A program made the position numbers and the translations under genes. Under the pieces are notes generated by a model. The model did no database searches and was not told the origin of the DNA. It saw only the letters and a program-made list of their open reading frames with translations. From assembly GCF_009914755.1 (NCBI RefSeq), contig NC_060941.1: DNA of 64,000 bases. One strand, written 5' to 3'. Source of the DNA: the human T2T-CHM13v2.0 reference genome, Homo sapiens. The first letter of the stretch is position 1, and every line of letters begins with the position of its first letter. Positions 41,429-58,317 of the stretch are shown here, one piece after another.

Positions 41429-42443
41429 GCCCTCTCCCTCTCCCTCTCCCTCCCGCTCTTGCTCTCGCTCTCCATCTCCCTCTTTCTACGGTCTCCCTCT
41501 CTTGCGGAGCCTGGACTGTACTGCCATGATCTCGGTTCACTGCAACCTCCCTGCCTCAGGCTCCGGTGATTCTCCTGCCCCGGCCTGCCGAGTGCCTGGG
41601 ATTCCAGGCACGCGCTGCCACTCCTGACTGGTTTTTGTATTTTTGGTGGAGATGGGGTTTCGCCGTGTTGACCGGGCTGGCCTCCAGCTCCTAGCCTCGG
41701 GTGAAGTGCCCGCCTCGGCCTCCTGAGGTGCTGGGATTGCAGACGGAGTCTCGCTCACTCAATGCTCAATGTTGCCCAGGCTGGAGTGCAGTGGCGTGAT
41801 CTCGGCTTGCTACAACCTCCATCTCCCAGCTGCCTGCCTTGGCCTCCCAAAGTGCTAAGATTACAGCCTCTGCCCGCCCGCCACCCCATCTAGGAAGTGA
41901 GCAGCGTCTCTGCTTGGCTGCCCATCGTCTGGGATGTGAGGAGCCCCTGTGCCTGGCCACCCCATCTGGGAAGTGAGGCGCGCCTCTGCCTGGCTGCCAC
42001 CACGTCTAGGAAGTGAGGAGCGTCTCTGCCTGGCCGCCCATCATCTGGGATGTGAGGAGCCCCTCTGCCTGGCCGCCCCGTCTGGGAAGTGAGGAGTGCC
42101 TCTGCCCAGTCGCCCCATCTGGGAGGTGAGGAGCGCCTCTGCCTGGCCGCCCCGTCTGGGAGGGTTAAATGGATTAAGGGCGGTGCAAGATGTGCTTTGT
42201 TAAACAGATGCTTGAAGGCAGCATGCTCATTAAGAGTCATCACCACTCCCTAATCTCAAGTACCCAGGGACACAAACAGGGCCGAAGGCCGCAGGGACCT
42301 CTGCCTAGGAAAACCAGAGACCTTTGTTCTGGTGTTTATCTGCTGGCCTTCTCTCCACTATTATCCTATGACCCTGCCACATCCCCCTCTCTGAGAAACA
42401 CCCAAAAATGATCAATAAATACTAAATAAATAAATAAATAAAT
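41429..42443 (+). mobile_element. SVA retrotransposon (old, SVA_A-like), about 1.0 kb, internally deleted
   Basis: (CCCTCT)n head, antisense Alu-like domain, short VNTR at about 41867-42162, 3' part of SINE-R, AATAAA at 42414, TSD AAACTACTTTTC at 41417-41428 and 42444-42455. Confidence 0.92.
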
Positions 42444-42679
42444 AAACTACTTTTCAAGACATAGTGTAAGATATAAATAGAAACAACAAAGTTAAGAAAC
42501 AGCAGGGGATGAAGTTAAAGTTTTTCTTAATTTTCTCTGCTTGTTTGTTTTTGCAATCAGTATTTAGTTGTCACTAGTTTAAAAATAATGGATTATTGGC
42601 CAGGCACAGTGGCTGATGTCTGTAATCCCAGCACTTTGGGAGGCAAAAGCAAAAGACCTCACCTGAGGTCAGGAGTTCA

Positions 42680-42922
<243 letters not shown>

Positions 42923-44476
42923 TCAAAAACCTACAAAAGATACACAAAAAATAAAAAGTATACTACCAGAGAAAATCACCTTCACAAAAAGGAAGACAAG
43001 AAGAAAGGAAGAGAAGACCACCAAACCATAAAATAAATAATAAAATGGCAGGACTGAGTCCTAACTTATCAATAATAACATCGAATGTAAATGAACTAAA
43101 AACTCTCTAGTCAAAAGACATAGAGTGGCTCAATGGATAAAAAACAAAACCCAATGATCTGTTGCCTACAAGATGCACACTTCACCTACAAAGACACACA
43201 TAGACTGAAAATAAAGAGATGGAAAAAGATATTGCATGCAAATTGAAACCAAAAGTGATCAGGAGTAGTTTATACTTAGATAAAATAGATTTCAAGACCA
43301 AAACTGTAAAAAGAGACAAGGTCATTGTATAACGATAAAGGGGGTCAGTTCAGCAAGAGAATATCACATTTATAAATATATATGTACCCAACACTGGAGA
43401 ACCCAGATATATAAAGCAGATGTTATTAGAACTAAAGAGAGAAATATATTTCAATACAATAATAGCTAGAGATTTCAACATCCCACTTGCAACACTGGAC
43501 AGATCATCCAGACAGAAGGTCAACATAGAAACATTGGACTTAATCTGCCCTAGAGACTAAATAGACCTAATAGATATTTACAAAAGATTTCATTCAGCTG
43601 CTGCAGAATACACATTCTTCTCCTCAACATATGGATCATTCTCAAGGACAGACCATATTTGAGTCACAAAACAAGTCTTAAAAAATTCAGAAAAAATTGA
43701 AATCCTATCAGGTATTTTCTCTGACCACAGTGAAATAAAACTGGAAATCAATAACAAGAGGAATTTTGGAAACTATACAAACACATGGAAATTAATATGC
43801 TCCTGAATGACCAGTGGGTCAATGAAGAAATTAAGGAAATTTTTAAAATTTCTTGAAACAAATGATAATGGAAACAACATATCAAAACGTATGTCATACA
43901 ATGAAAGCAGTACTAAGAGAGTTTATAGGAATAAACACCTACGTCAAAAAGTGGAAAAACATCTAATAAATAACCTAATGATGCATCTTAAAGAACTAGA
44001 AAAGCAAGAGAAAACCAAACCCAAAATTAGTAGTCTGTGTCCTGTGAGGCCAGCCAGAAACATAGAAAAGCAAGAGCAAACCAAACCCAAAATTAGTAGA
44101 AGAAAAGAAAGAATAAAGGTCAGAGCAGAAATAAGTTAAATGGAAACAGACCAAAAAAATACAAAAGATCAATGAAATGAAAAGTTGTTTTTTTGAAAAA
44201 ATAAACAAAATAGACAAAGCTTTAGCCAGATGAAGGAAAAAAAGAGAAAAGATCCAGATAAAATCAGAAGTGAAAAAGGAGACATAACTAATACCAAGAA
44301 ATGCAAAGGATTGTTAAACGTTACTATGAGCAACTGTATACCAATAAATTGGAAAACCTAGAACTGGATAAATTCCTAGACACATACAACCTACCAAAAT
44401 GCAACCATGAACAAATCTGAAACCTGAACAGACTAATAACAAATAATGAGATTGAAGCTGTAATAATAAGTCTCCT

Positions 44477-44511
44477 ATCACTTCTCAGCCTTTTGGCTAA
44501 GATCAAGTGTA
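44477..44511 (+). pseudogene. 5' fragment of U2 snRNA (tailless retropseudogene) inside L1
   Basis: ATCACTTCTCAGCCTTTTGGCTAAGATCAAGTGTA equals U2 nt 1-35 with two CpG decays; 16-bp TSD at 44461-44476 and 44510-44525. Confidence 0.92.
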
Positions 44512-47500
44512 ATCATAAGTCTCCTAGCAAGCAAAAGCCCAGGACCCAATGACTTCACTGCTTAATTTTACTAAACACTTAAAGAACCAATACCAGTCCT
44601 ATTAAATCTGTTCAAAAAAATAAAGGAGGGAGGAATATTTCCAAACTCATTCTATAATGAGGCCAGTATTATCTTGATACCAAAACCAAAGACACATCAA
44701 AAAAAAGAAAACTACAGACCAGTATCCCTGATAAACATTGATACAAAAATTCTCAACAAAAATACTAGCATACCAAATTTATCATGACCAAGTGGGATTT
44801 ATCTCTGGGATATAAGGATGGTTCATCATATGCAAACCAATCAGTATGATACATCATATCAAGAGAATTAAGGACAAAAACCATATGATTTCAATTGATG
44901 CTGAAAAGCATTTGATGAAATTCAACATCCCTTCATGATTAAAAAAAAAAACTCAAAAAAACTGGGTATAGGAGGAACATTAACACAATAAAAGCCTTAT
45001 ACAACAGACCCACAGCTAGTATCATACCAAACGGGAGAATTGGAAGCCTTCCCTCTAAGATCTAGAACAGGACAAGGATACCCACTTTCACCACTGTTAT
45101 TCAAAATAGTACTGGAAGTCCTAGCTAGAGCAGACAAGAGAAAGAAAGTGCATCCAGATTGAAAAGGAAATCAAATTATCCTTGTTCGCAGGTGATATCA
45201 TCTTTTTTGTTTGTTTGTTTTGTTTTTGGAGATGGAGTCTCGCTCTGTTGCCCAGGCTGGAGGGTTCAGGGACTTCTCTGCCTCATCCTCCCAAGTAGCT
45301 GGGATTACACTGCACTGCCTGCACTACAAAGCCTGGCTAATTTTTGTATTTTTTTTAGTAGAAACAAGGTTTCACCATGTTGGCCAGGCTAGTCTTGAAC
45401 TCCTGACTTCAAATGATCTGTTCACCTCGGCCTCCCAAAATGCTGGGATTACAGGCGTGAGTCACTGTGCCCCGCTGGTGATATCTTTTTTTTTTTTTTT
45501 AAGAGAGAGGGTCTCGCTGTGTCATCCAGACTGGAGTGCAATGGTGCATTCACAGCTTACTGCAGCCTTGACCTCTTGAGCTCAAGCAGTCCTCCCACCT
45601 CAGCCTCTCAAGTAGTTAGGACTACAGGCATGCACCACCATACCTGGTTACTTTTTTATTTTAGTAGAGATGTACCACCATTCCTGGCTAACTTAAAAAT
45701 CTTTTTGGAGAGATAGGGTCTCACTGTGTTGCCCAGGCTGGTCTCAAACTCCTGGCCTCAAGCAGTCCTCCTGCCTCAGCCTCCCAAAATGCTGGGATTA
45801 CAGTTGTGAGCCACCATGTCTGGCCCAGATGATAGGATCTTATATTTGGAAAAACCTAAAGACCCCCACCAAACAACTATTTGAACTGATAAATCCAACA
45901 AATCAACATACAAAAATCAGTAGCATTTCTGTATGCCAACAGCAAACAATCTGAAAAATCAAGAGAGTATTCCCATTTACAATAGCTACAAGTAAAATAC
46001 TTAGGAATAAACTTAATCAAAGAAATGAAAGATGGCCAGGCACGCTGGCTTATGCCTGTAATCCTAGCACTTTGGGAGTCCAAGGTGAGTGGGTCTCTTG
46101 AGACCAGGAGTTCAAGACCAGCCTGGGCAACATGGCGAAACCCTGTCTCCACAAAAAATACAAAAATTATCTGGGTGTGGTGACATGCACCCATGGTCCC
46201 AGCTACTCAGGAGGCTGAAGTGAGAGGATCACCTGAGCTCAGGAGGTCAAGGCTGCAGTAAGCCATGATCATGCCACTGCACTCCAGCCTAAGTGACAGA
46301 GTGAGACCTTGTCTCAAAAAAAAAAAAAAAGAAAAAGAAATGAATGATCCCTACAATGAAAACTATAAAACATTGATGCAACAAATTGAAGAGGACACAC
46401 AAAAAATGGATATTCTATGTTCATGGATTGGAAGAATTAATATTGTTAAAACGTTCATACTACCCAAAGCATTCTACAGATTCAATGTAATCCCTATTAA
46501 GATACCAATGATGTTCCTCACAGAAATAGAAAAAATAATACTGAAATTTATATGGAACCACAAAAGACTCAGAATAGCTAAAGCCATCCTGAGCAAAAAG
46601 AACAAAACTGGAGGAATGACATTACCTAACTTCAAATTATACTACAGAGCTGTAGTAACCAAAACAGCATAGTACTGGCATAAAAATAGACACACAGACT
46701 AATGGAACGGAATAGAGAACCCAGAAGTAAATCCATGCATCTACAGTGAACTCATTTTTGACAAAGGTGCCAAGAACATACATGGGGGAAAGGACAGTCT
46801 CTTCAATAAATAATGCCAGGAAAACTGGATATTCATACGTAGAAGAATGAAGCTAGACCCCTATCTCTCACCGTATACAAAAATCAATTCAAAATGGACT
46901 AAAGACTTGAACTGAAGACCTCAAACCATGAAACTACTAGAAGAAGAACTTTGGGAAAACTCTCCAGGAAATTGATCTGGGCAAAGATTTCTTGAATAAT
47001 ACCCCCAAAGCACAAGCAGCCAAGGCAAAAATGGATAAATGAGATCACATCAAGTTAAAAAGCTTCTGTACAGCAAAGGAAACAATCAACAAAGTGAAGA
47101 AACCACCCACAGAATGGGAGAAGATATTTGCAAACTATCAATCTGATGAGAGATTAATAACCAGAATATATAAGGAGCTCAAACAACTCTATAGAAAAAA
47201 ATCTAATCCGATTTAAAAATGGACAGAAATAGAAAAAATAATCCTAAAATGTATAAGATCTGAATAGGCATTTCTCAAAAGAAGACATACAAATGGCAAA
47301 CATATATGAAAAGATGCCCAACATCACTGATCGTTAGAGAAATGCACATCAAAACTACAATGAGATATCATCTCACCCCAGTTAAAATGGCTTCTATTCA
47401 AAAGGCAGGCACTAATGGATGCTAGGGAGGACATGAAGAAAAGGGAACCCCCCTTGGCCGGGCACGGTGGCTCACGGCCTGTAATCCCAGCACCTTGGGG

Positions 47501-47626
47501 GGTCGAGGTGGGCGGATCACCTGAGGTCGGGAGTTCTAAACCAGCCTGACCAACATGGAGAAACCCCTTCTCTACTAAAAAAAATACAAAATTAGCTGGG
47601 CGTAGTGGTGCATGCCTATAATCCTA

Positions 47627-47788
<162 letters not shown>

Positions 47789-48585
47789 TTAGTACAGCCA
47801 CTGTGGAGAACAGTATGGAAGTTCCTCACAAAACTAAGAACTACCACGTGATCCAGCAATCCTGCTAGGTATATACTCAAAAGAAAGGAAATTAGTATAG
47901 CGAAGAGATACCTGCACTCCCATATTTATTGCACTATTCACAATAGCCGAGATTTGCAAGCAACCTAAGTATCCATGAACAGATGAATGGATGAAGAAAA
48001 TGTGGCACGTATATACAATGGAGTACTAGTCAGCCATAAAAAGGAATAGGATCCTGTCACTTGCAACAACATGCATGGACCTGGAGGAAATTATGTTAGG
48101 TGAAATAAGCCAGGCACAGAAAGCCAGACTTTGTACATTCTCACTCGTTTGTAGGAGACATAAATTAAAACAATTGAACTCATGGAGATAGTGAATAGAA
48201 TGATGGTTACTAGAGGCTGGGATGGATAGTGGGAGAGGGAATGGGGATGGTTAATGGGTACAAAAATGTAGTTAGATAGAATGAATAAGATCTAGCATTT
48301 GACAGCACAACAGCGTAATTATAGGCAACAATAATTTATTATACATTTTAAAATAAAAGTATAATTGGATTGATTGTAGCACAAAGAAATGATTAATGCT
48401 TGAGGTGATGAAAACCCCATTTATCCTGATTATTAGGCATTGCATGCCTTATCAAAATATCTCATGTACCCCATAAATATATACATCTAATATGTACCTA
48501 TTAAGATAAATAAACAACCAGAGAAAATTAATAAAAACAAAAGTTAGTTCTTAAGATCCATAAAATTGGCTGGCGCAGTGGCTCA

Positions 48586-49044
<459 letters not shown>

Positions 49045-49548
49045 TTAAACAATTAAGGTGAAGTGAGTAAATTCCTAGAAAGGCACAAATTACTGAAACT
49101 AACTTAACAAGAAATAGGAAATCTGAATAGACCTATACCAAGTAAATAGATTGAATTTATAATTTAAACTCTTCTGACAAAAGCCAAAGCCCACATGACC
49201 TTACCGATGAATTGTATTCAATATTTAAACAAGAAATAATGTCAGTTCTTCACAAACTCTTTTAGAAAGTACTGGAGGAGAGAATACTTCCAAACTCATT
49301 CTGTAAAGCCAATGTTACCCTTACACAAAAGCCAGATCAAGATAACAAAAAATAAAAATTACAAATGTTCCTCATGAACACAGACTCAGAATTTTTAACA
49401 AAATATTAGCAAACCAAATTTAGTAATATACAGAAAATATATACACCATGATCAAGAGAGGTTTATCCGGGCCAGGCGCAGTGGCTCATGCTTCTGATCC
49501 CAGCACTTTGGGAGGCCGAGGCAGGTGGATCACGAGGTCAGGAGATCA

Positions 49549-49796
<248 letters not shown>

Positions 49797-50172
49797 TCAA
49801 TTAATACAAAACAGCATATTAATAAAGAACAATTAATGCAAAACACCATATTAATAAAGAACAAAACCACATGATTATCTCAATAGAAGCAGAAAAAGCA
49901 TTCCGCAAAATCTAGCACCCAATTATGAGATATCTCAACAAACTAGGAATTAGAAGGGATCTTTCTCAACTTGAAAAAGGGCATTTAGGGAAATGCTACA
50001 GATAAAATTTAACACAGAAAGACTGAATACTTCGAATACTTTCCCCTTAATAGTGGAATCAAGGCTCAGATGTATGCTCTTTACACTTGGATTCAACATT
50101 GTACTGGAGAGCTGGGCACAGTGGCTTACACCTGTAAACCCAGCACTTTGGGAGGCTGAGGAGGGTGGATCA

Positions 50173-50481
<309 letters not shown>

Positions 50482-51273
50482 CTATTCACAGATGACATGA
50501 TCCTACATGTAGAAAATCTTAAGGAGCTCAGACACACAAACTATTAGAACAAGGTCACAGGATAAAGGATCAATAATCAAAAAATCAATTGATTTTTTAT
50601 AAACATGAACAATCTAAAATGAAATTAAGAAAACAATTTCATTCACAGTAGCATCCAAAGAATAAAATTCTTTGGGATAAATTTAACAAAAGAAGTATAA
50701 GATTTGTCCATTGAAGACTATAAAACATTGCCGAGATAAAGAAGTTCTAAATAACTAGAGACATTCTGTGCCCATGGATTGGAGGCCTCAATATTGTTAA
50801 GATGACAGTTCTGTCCAAATTGATCTATAGATTCAACACAATTCTTTTCAAAATCTCAGCATGCTTTTTAGTAGGAATTGATAAGCTGATTCTAAAATAC
50901 ATACAAAAATGCAAAGGACCTAAAAGAGTCAAAAGAGTTTGGGGACAGAAAAGAACAGTTGGTATATTAATAGTACCTGATTACAAAACTCCCTGTAAAG
51001 CTACAGTAATTAAGACTGTCACAATGGCATAGCATAGACATAAATCAATGGAACGGAATTGTGAATTCAGAAGTAAACCACTACATTTATGGTCAGTTGA
51101 TTTTCAACTGTGTTTCCAAGAAACTTAGTACTGGAGAAATGAGTCTTTCATGTGCTAACAAATGGTGCCAGGACAATTGGATATCCATATGTAAAAAATG
51201 AATTTAAACCCTTACCTCATATTATACACAAAAATGAACTAAAAATGGATCAGAGGCCAGGCGCTGTGGCTCA

Positions 51274-51561
<288 letters not shown>

Positions 51562-52301
51562 CTAAATGTAAGAAAGACTTAACATTAAAACTTTTTAAAG
51601 AAAACAGAGGAGAAAATCTTTGTGACCTTGGGTTAGGCAGAGTTCTTATATATAAAATAGCAAAAGCATGAGCCATAAAAGAAATTAAGAAATTGGACTA
51701 CATTGAAAGTGAAAACTTTTGCAACTCAAAAGATACCATTAAGAAAATGATTCAGTTAGACAGGAAGAAAAAGTTTAAGAGACCTACTGTACAACATGTT
51801 AACTATTGTATACTTGAAAATTGGTAATAGTATATTTTAAATGTTCTCACCACAAGAAAATTAGAATTATGTAAGGTAATGCATATGTTAATTAGCTTGA
51901 TTTAGCCATTTCACAATGTCTAAACATAGTGAAATGTTTACATATATACAAACATAGTGGCTGGGTGCATTGGCTCATGCCTGTAATCCCAGCACTTTGG
52001 GAGGCTGAGGTGGGAGAATGGTCTGAGCCCAGGAGTTCTGTAGTGAGCTATGATGGTGCCAACTGCACTCCAGCCTGGGCAACAGAGTGAGACCTGTCTT
52101 AAAAAAAAAACAAAGAACAAAAAAAAAAAACAGCAAAAAAAAAAAAAAGAAAAAATGTATACCATAAATATATTTATCTGTGAATTTAAAAAATAAAATT
52201 TAATTTAAAAAGATAAGCCACAGCCTGGGTTTGCAAATCATAAAGCTTGATAAAGGACTTGTATCCAGAATATATAAAGAACTCTTATAACTAATAATAA
52301 A

Positions 52302-54147
<1,846 letters not shown>

Positions 54148-57100
54148 TTAGCAAGCAAATACAACCAGCTACCAAATATTATATTTTCATATTTTTAAAA
54201 TTTGTTTTATTTATTTTGTAGATTGAGACAGGGCCTTGCTCTGTCACCCAGCCCAGAGTGCAGTGATGCAGTCATAGCTCACTGCAGCCTTGAACTTCTG
54301 GGCACAAGCTATCCTCCCACCTCAGCCTCCCTAGTAGCTGGGACTACAGATATGCACCACTATGCCCAGCTTTTTTTTTTTTTTTTAATGTTTTGTAGAG
54401 ATGGTATCTTGCCATGTCACCAAGGCTGGTCTTGACCTCCCGGGCTCAAGCCAACCTCTTTCTTTAGCCTCCCAAAGTGATGGTTTTATAGACTTGAGTC
54501 ATCACACCTAGCCTACTTAATTTTTAAAATGGGCAAAAGACTAAAATAGAAATTTCACTGAAGGCTACATATGAATGAATGATAAACACACAAAAAGGGG
54601 CTCGTCATTAGAGAAATGCACACTGAGACCACAGTGACATAGTAGCATATCCCCACTGGGATGGCTGCAACAAGAAAGGAAAAGCCATCCAGCAGCTTGT
54701 TTTGTAGATATTGACAAACTGATTCTAAAGCTTATGTAGAAAGGGAAAAGACTCAAAACGCAACATTTACAAAGAAAAGCGATGTTGGAGGAGTGATACT
54801 ACCCAATTTCGAGAATTACTATAAAGCTGCAGTGATCAAGACAGCATGGTAAAGTTGTCCACAAGGTCTTGTCTGTTGCATTATAGTCAACCCTAATGTC
54901 TATTAAATGGCTACTGTGTTTCAGACACTTTCATACATGTTAGCTCAGTTACTTCTCGTATCAGTACTTTTTTTATTATTTATTTTTTTGAGACAGAGTC
55001 TTGCTCTGTCATCCAAGCTGGAGTACAGTGGCGCAATATTGGCTTACTGCAACCTCCACCTCCCGGCTTCAAGCAATTCTCATGCTCAGCCACTGGAGTA
55101 CCTGGGATTACAGACATGTGCCACCATGCTTGGCTAATTTTTGTATTTTTTGTAGAGACAGGTTTCGCCATGTTGGCCAGGCTGGTCTTGAACTCCTGAC
55201 CTCAAGTGAGGACCTCCTTTGCCTCAGCCTCCCAAAGTCCAGGGATTACAAGCATGAGCCACTGCACCCAGCCTTGTATCAATACTTTATGTCAGGGTTG
55301 ATTAAAAAAAATTCTTTTAATTTTGATAAAATACACATAAAATGTGCTGTCTTAAATGTTTTTAAGTGTACAGGTCAGCAGTGTTAAGTATATAGCCAGC
55401 CCTCCATACCCACAGCTTCTGCATCCGTGGATGCAACCAGCCATGGATCAAAAATATTTGAAAAACAATAATACAACAATAAAAAAATAAACAGCATAGC
55501 AACTGTTACATAGCTTTTACATTGTACTAGGAATTATAAGTAATCTAGAGATGATTTAAACTCATAGGAGGATGGGCATAGGTTATAGGCAAATTCTCTG
55601 CCGTTTTATATCAGGAACTTGAGCATCTGTGGATTTTGGTACCTTGCGGGGTCCTGGAACCAATTGCCCAAGGATACCTAGGAATGATTCTATTGGTGAA
55701 AGAATAGACAAAAAAGATCACTGGAATGGAAGAGAGAGCCCAGAAATAGACCCATACAAATACAGTCAACTGATTTTGACAAAGGAGCAAAGGCAACTGG
55801 AGAAAGCCTAGTTTTTTTTTTCCAAGAAATGGTACTGGAACAACTGGACATCCACATACAAAATAATGAATTTAGATATCCTGTTTTACAAAAGTTAAAA
55901 CCACAGACATAAAAGCAACATGCAAAAGTATAAAACTCCTACAAAATAATAGAAAATTTAGGTGAATTTGGGTTACACCGTGACTTTTTAAAATTTTTTA
56001 TTTTACTTTATTTTTAGAGATGGGGGTCTCACTCTGTTGCCCAGGCTGGAGTGCAGTGGTATAATCATAGCTGACTATAGCCTTGGACTGTTGGGCTCAA
56101 GCAATCCTCCTGCCTCAGCCTCCCAAGTAGCGAAGACTATAGGTGTGTGCCAACCCCGCCTCCCCGCCGACCCCCTCCCCCAGCTAATTTTTAAAAACTT
56201 TTGTAGAGATAGGGTCTCCCTATGTTGCCCAGGCTGGTCTCAAACTCCTTGGTTGAAATGATCCTCCCACCTCAGCCTCCCAAAGTGCTGGGATTACCAG
56301 CACTGGTATGCTGGCATGAGCTCTACTGCACCTGGCTGGCAGTTTCTTAAAAAGCTAAAAATAAAGTTATCATTTGACTTAACAGTTCAACTCCCAGAAC
56401 TCTACTAAAAGAAATGAAAACAAATCCACACAAAGACTTCCACGTGAACATTCTAAACAGCATTATTGATGATAGCAAAAACTAGAAACAACCCAAATGT
56501 CCATCCACTGATGAATGGATAAACAAAGGCAGTATTTCCATACAATGGAACTACTCGGTAATAAAAGGAATGAAGCAGTGACGCATGCTGCAGCATTGAT
56601 GAACCTCAAAAACAGTATGCTAAGGAGAAGCAGCCAGACACAGGACTGCATATCATAAGACCCTACTTATATGAAATTGTTCATACAGACAGAAAGCAAT
56701 GCAGTGGATTGCCCAGGGCAGGAGATGGGAGCAGGGATTAACTACAAAACAGTCTCCAGGAAATTCTGCGGGGTGATGGAAAACTAGATGGTGGTGATGG
56801 TTACATAACTCCAAATTCATTTAAAATCACTGAGTTGTATACTTATATATGAATTTTATCATATGTAAATTATAACTCACTAAAAGTTTACAAAATATAA
56901 AAATAAGGCTCATGGAAAATGTAAATTAAGAAAAAACCGACTAGCCAGGAGGAAAAATGATGGGCTGCACATACACAAGCCCTCAGGCCCTGGTAACTGT
57001 TCTCTGTAAACCTGACTCGGAGTTTCTTGGTAGCCAAGTGACTAGAGAACTACTGCCCCCTGGAAGGGGAGGCATACTTAATTTCTTAAGAAATGCTGGG

Positions 57101-57215
57101 CCAGGTGCCATGGCTTATGCCTGTAATCCTAGCACTTTGGGGGCCAAGGCAGGAGGACTGCTTAAGCCCAGGAGCTCAAGACTAGCCTGGACAACATGGC
57201 AAGATTCCATCTCTA

Positions 57216-57380
<165 letters not shown>

Positions 57381-57521
57381 TCAAAAAAAAAAAAAAAAAA
57401 GCAAAGCTATTCCTAGCTTTCAATTTCAAGAATGATTTCTCAGGTGTGGTCTCACCCAGACACTAGAGAAAAAGTATGAATAGTGTCTTTTAACAGTATC
57501 CAGGCCAGGTGCGGTGGCTCA

Positions 57522-57851
<330 letters not shown>

Positions 57852-58317
57852 TCATTTAATGTTCCTTGATAAAGGCCACAAATATGATGCCAGAACACAG
57901 CCCAGAGAGGGAATTTCTGCTGAGGCTAAGAACATGTGGCCCGAGCTTGTCGCTTTCTGAATGCCCGGCTATATTCAAAAATAAATCCTAGAATAGTTAG
58001 CGAACTGGATGGAGTACACAGAGGCCTTTGGAAATATCCTCCATAAATATGATTTCTTTCAGTAGATTTGTAATGAGTTGGTAATTATTATGCAAGTGTT
58101 TTTTCCCCAGGTAGGGAAAGGGCTGGAATGCGCCAGTATTGCTAAGTAAGGGCATATCCTTCTGCAGAGCTATGGGAATGTATGCAAGGGGTGTGTTCCT
58201 GAAGAATTCACGTAACTCCAGATGCAAAGTAGGAGAGCTATGAGTTCAAATTCTGCTTATTAAGCAAGAGTTTAGTGTTTTGGGTTTTGTTGTTTTCTTG
58301 TGTTTTTAAAAAATCAT

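Noticed and set aside
49798-49861. 32-bp tandem duplication in L1
   Set aside because: Ordinary local duplication in a dead repeat.
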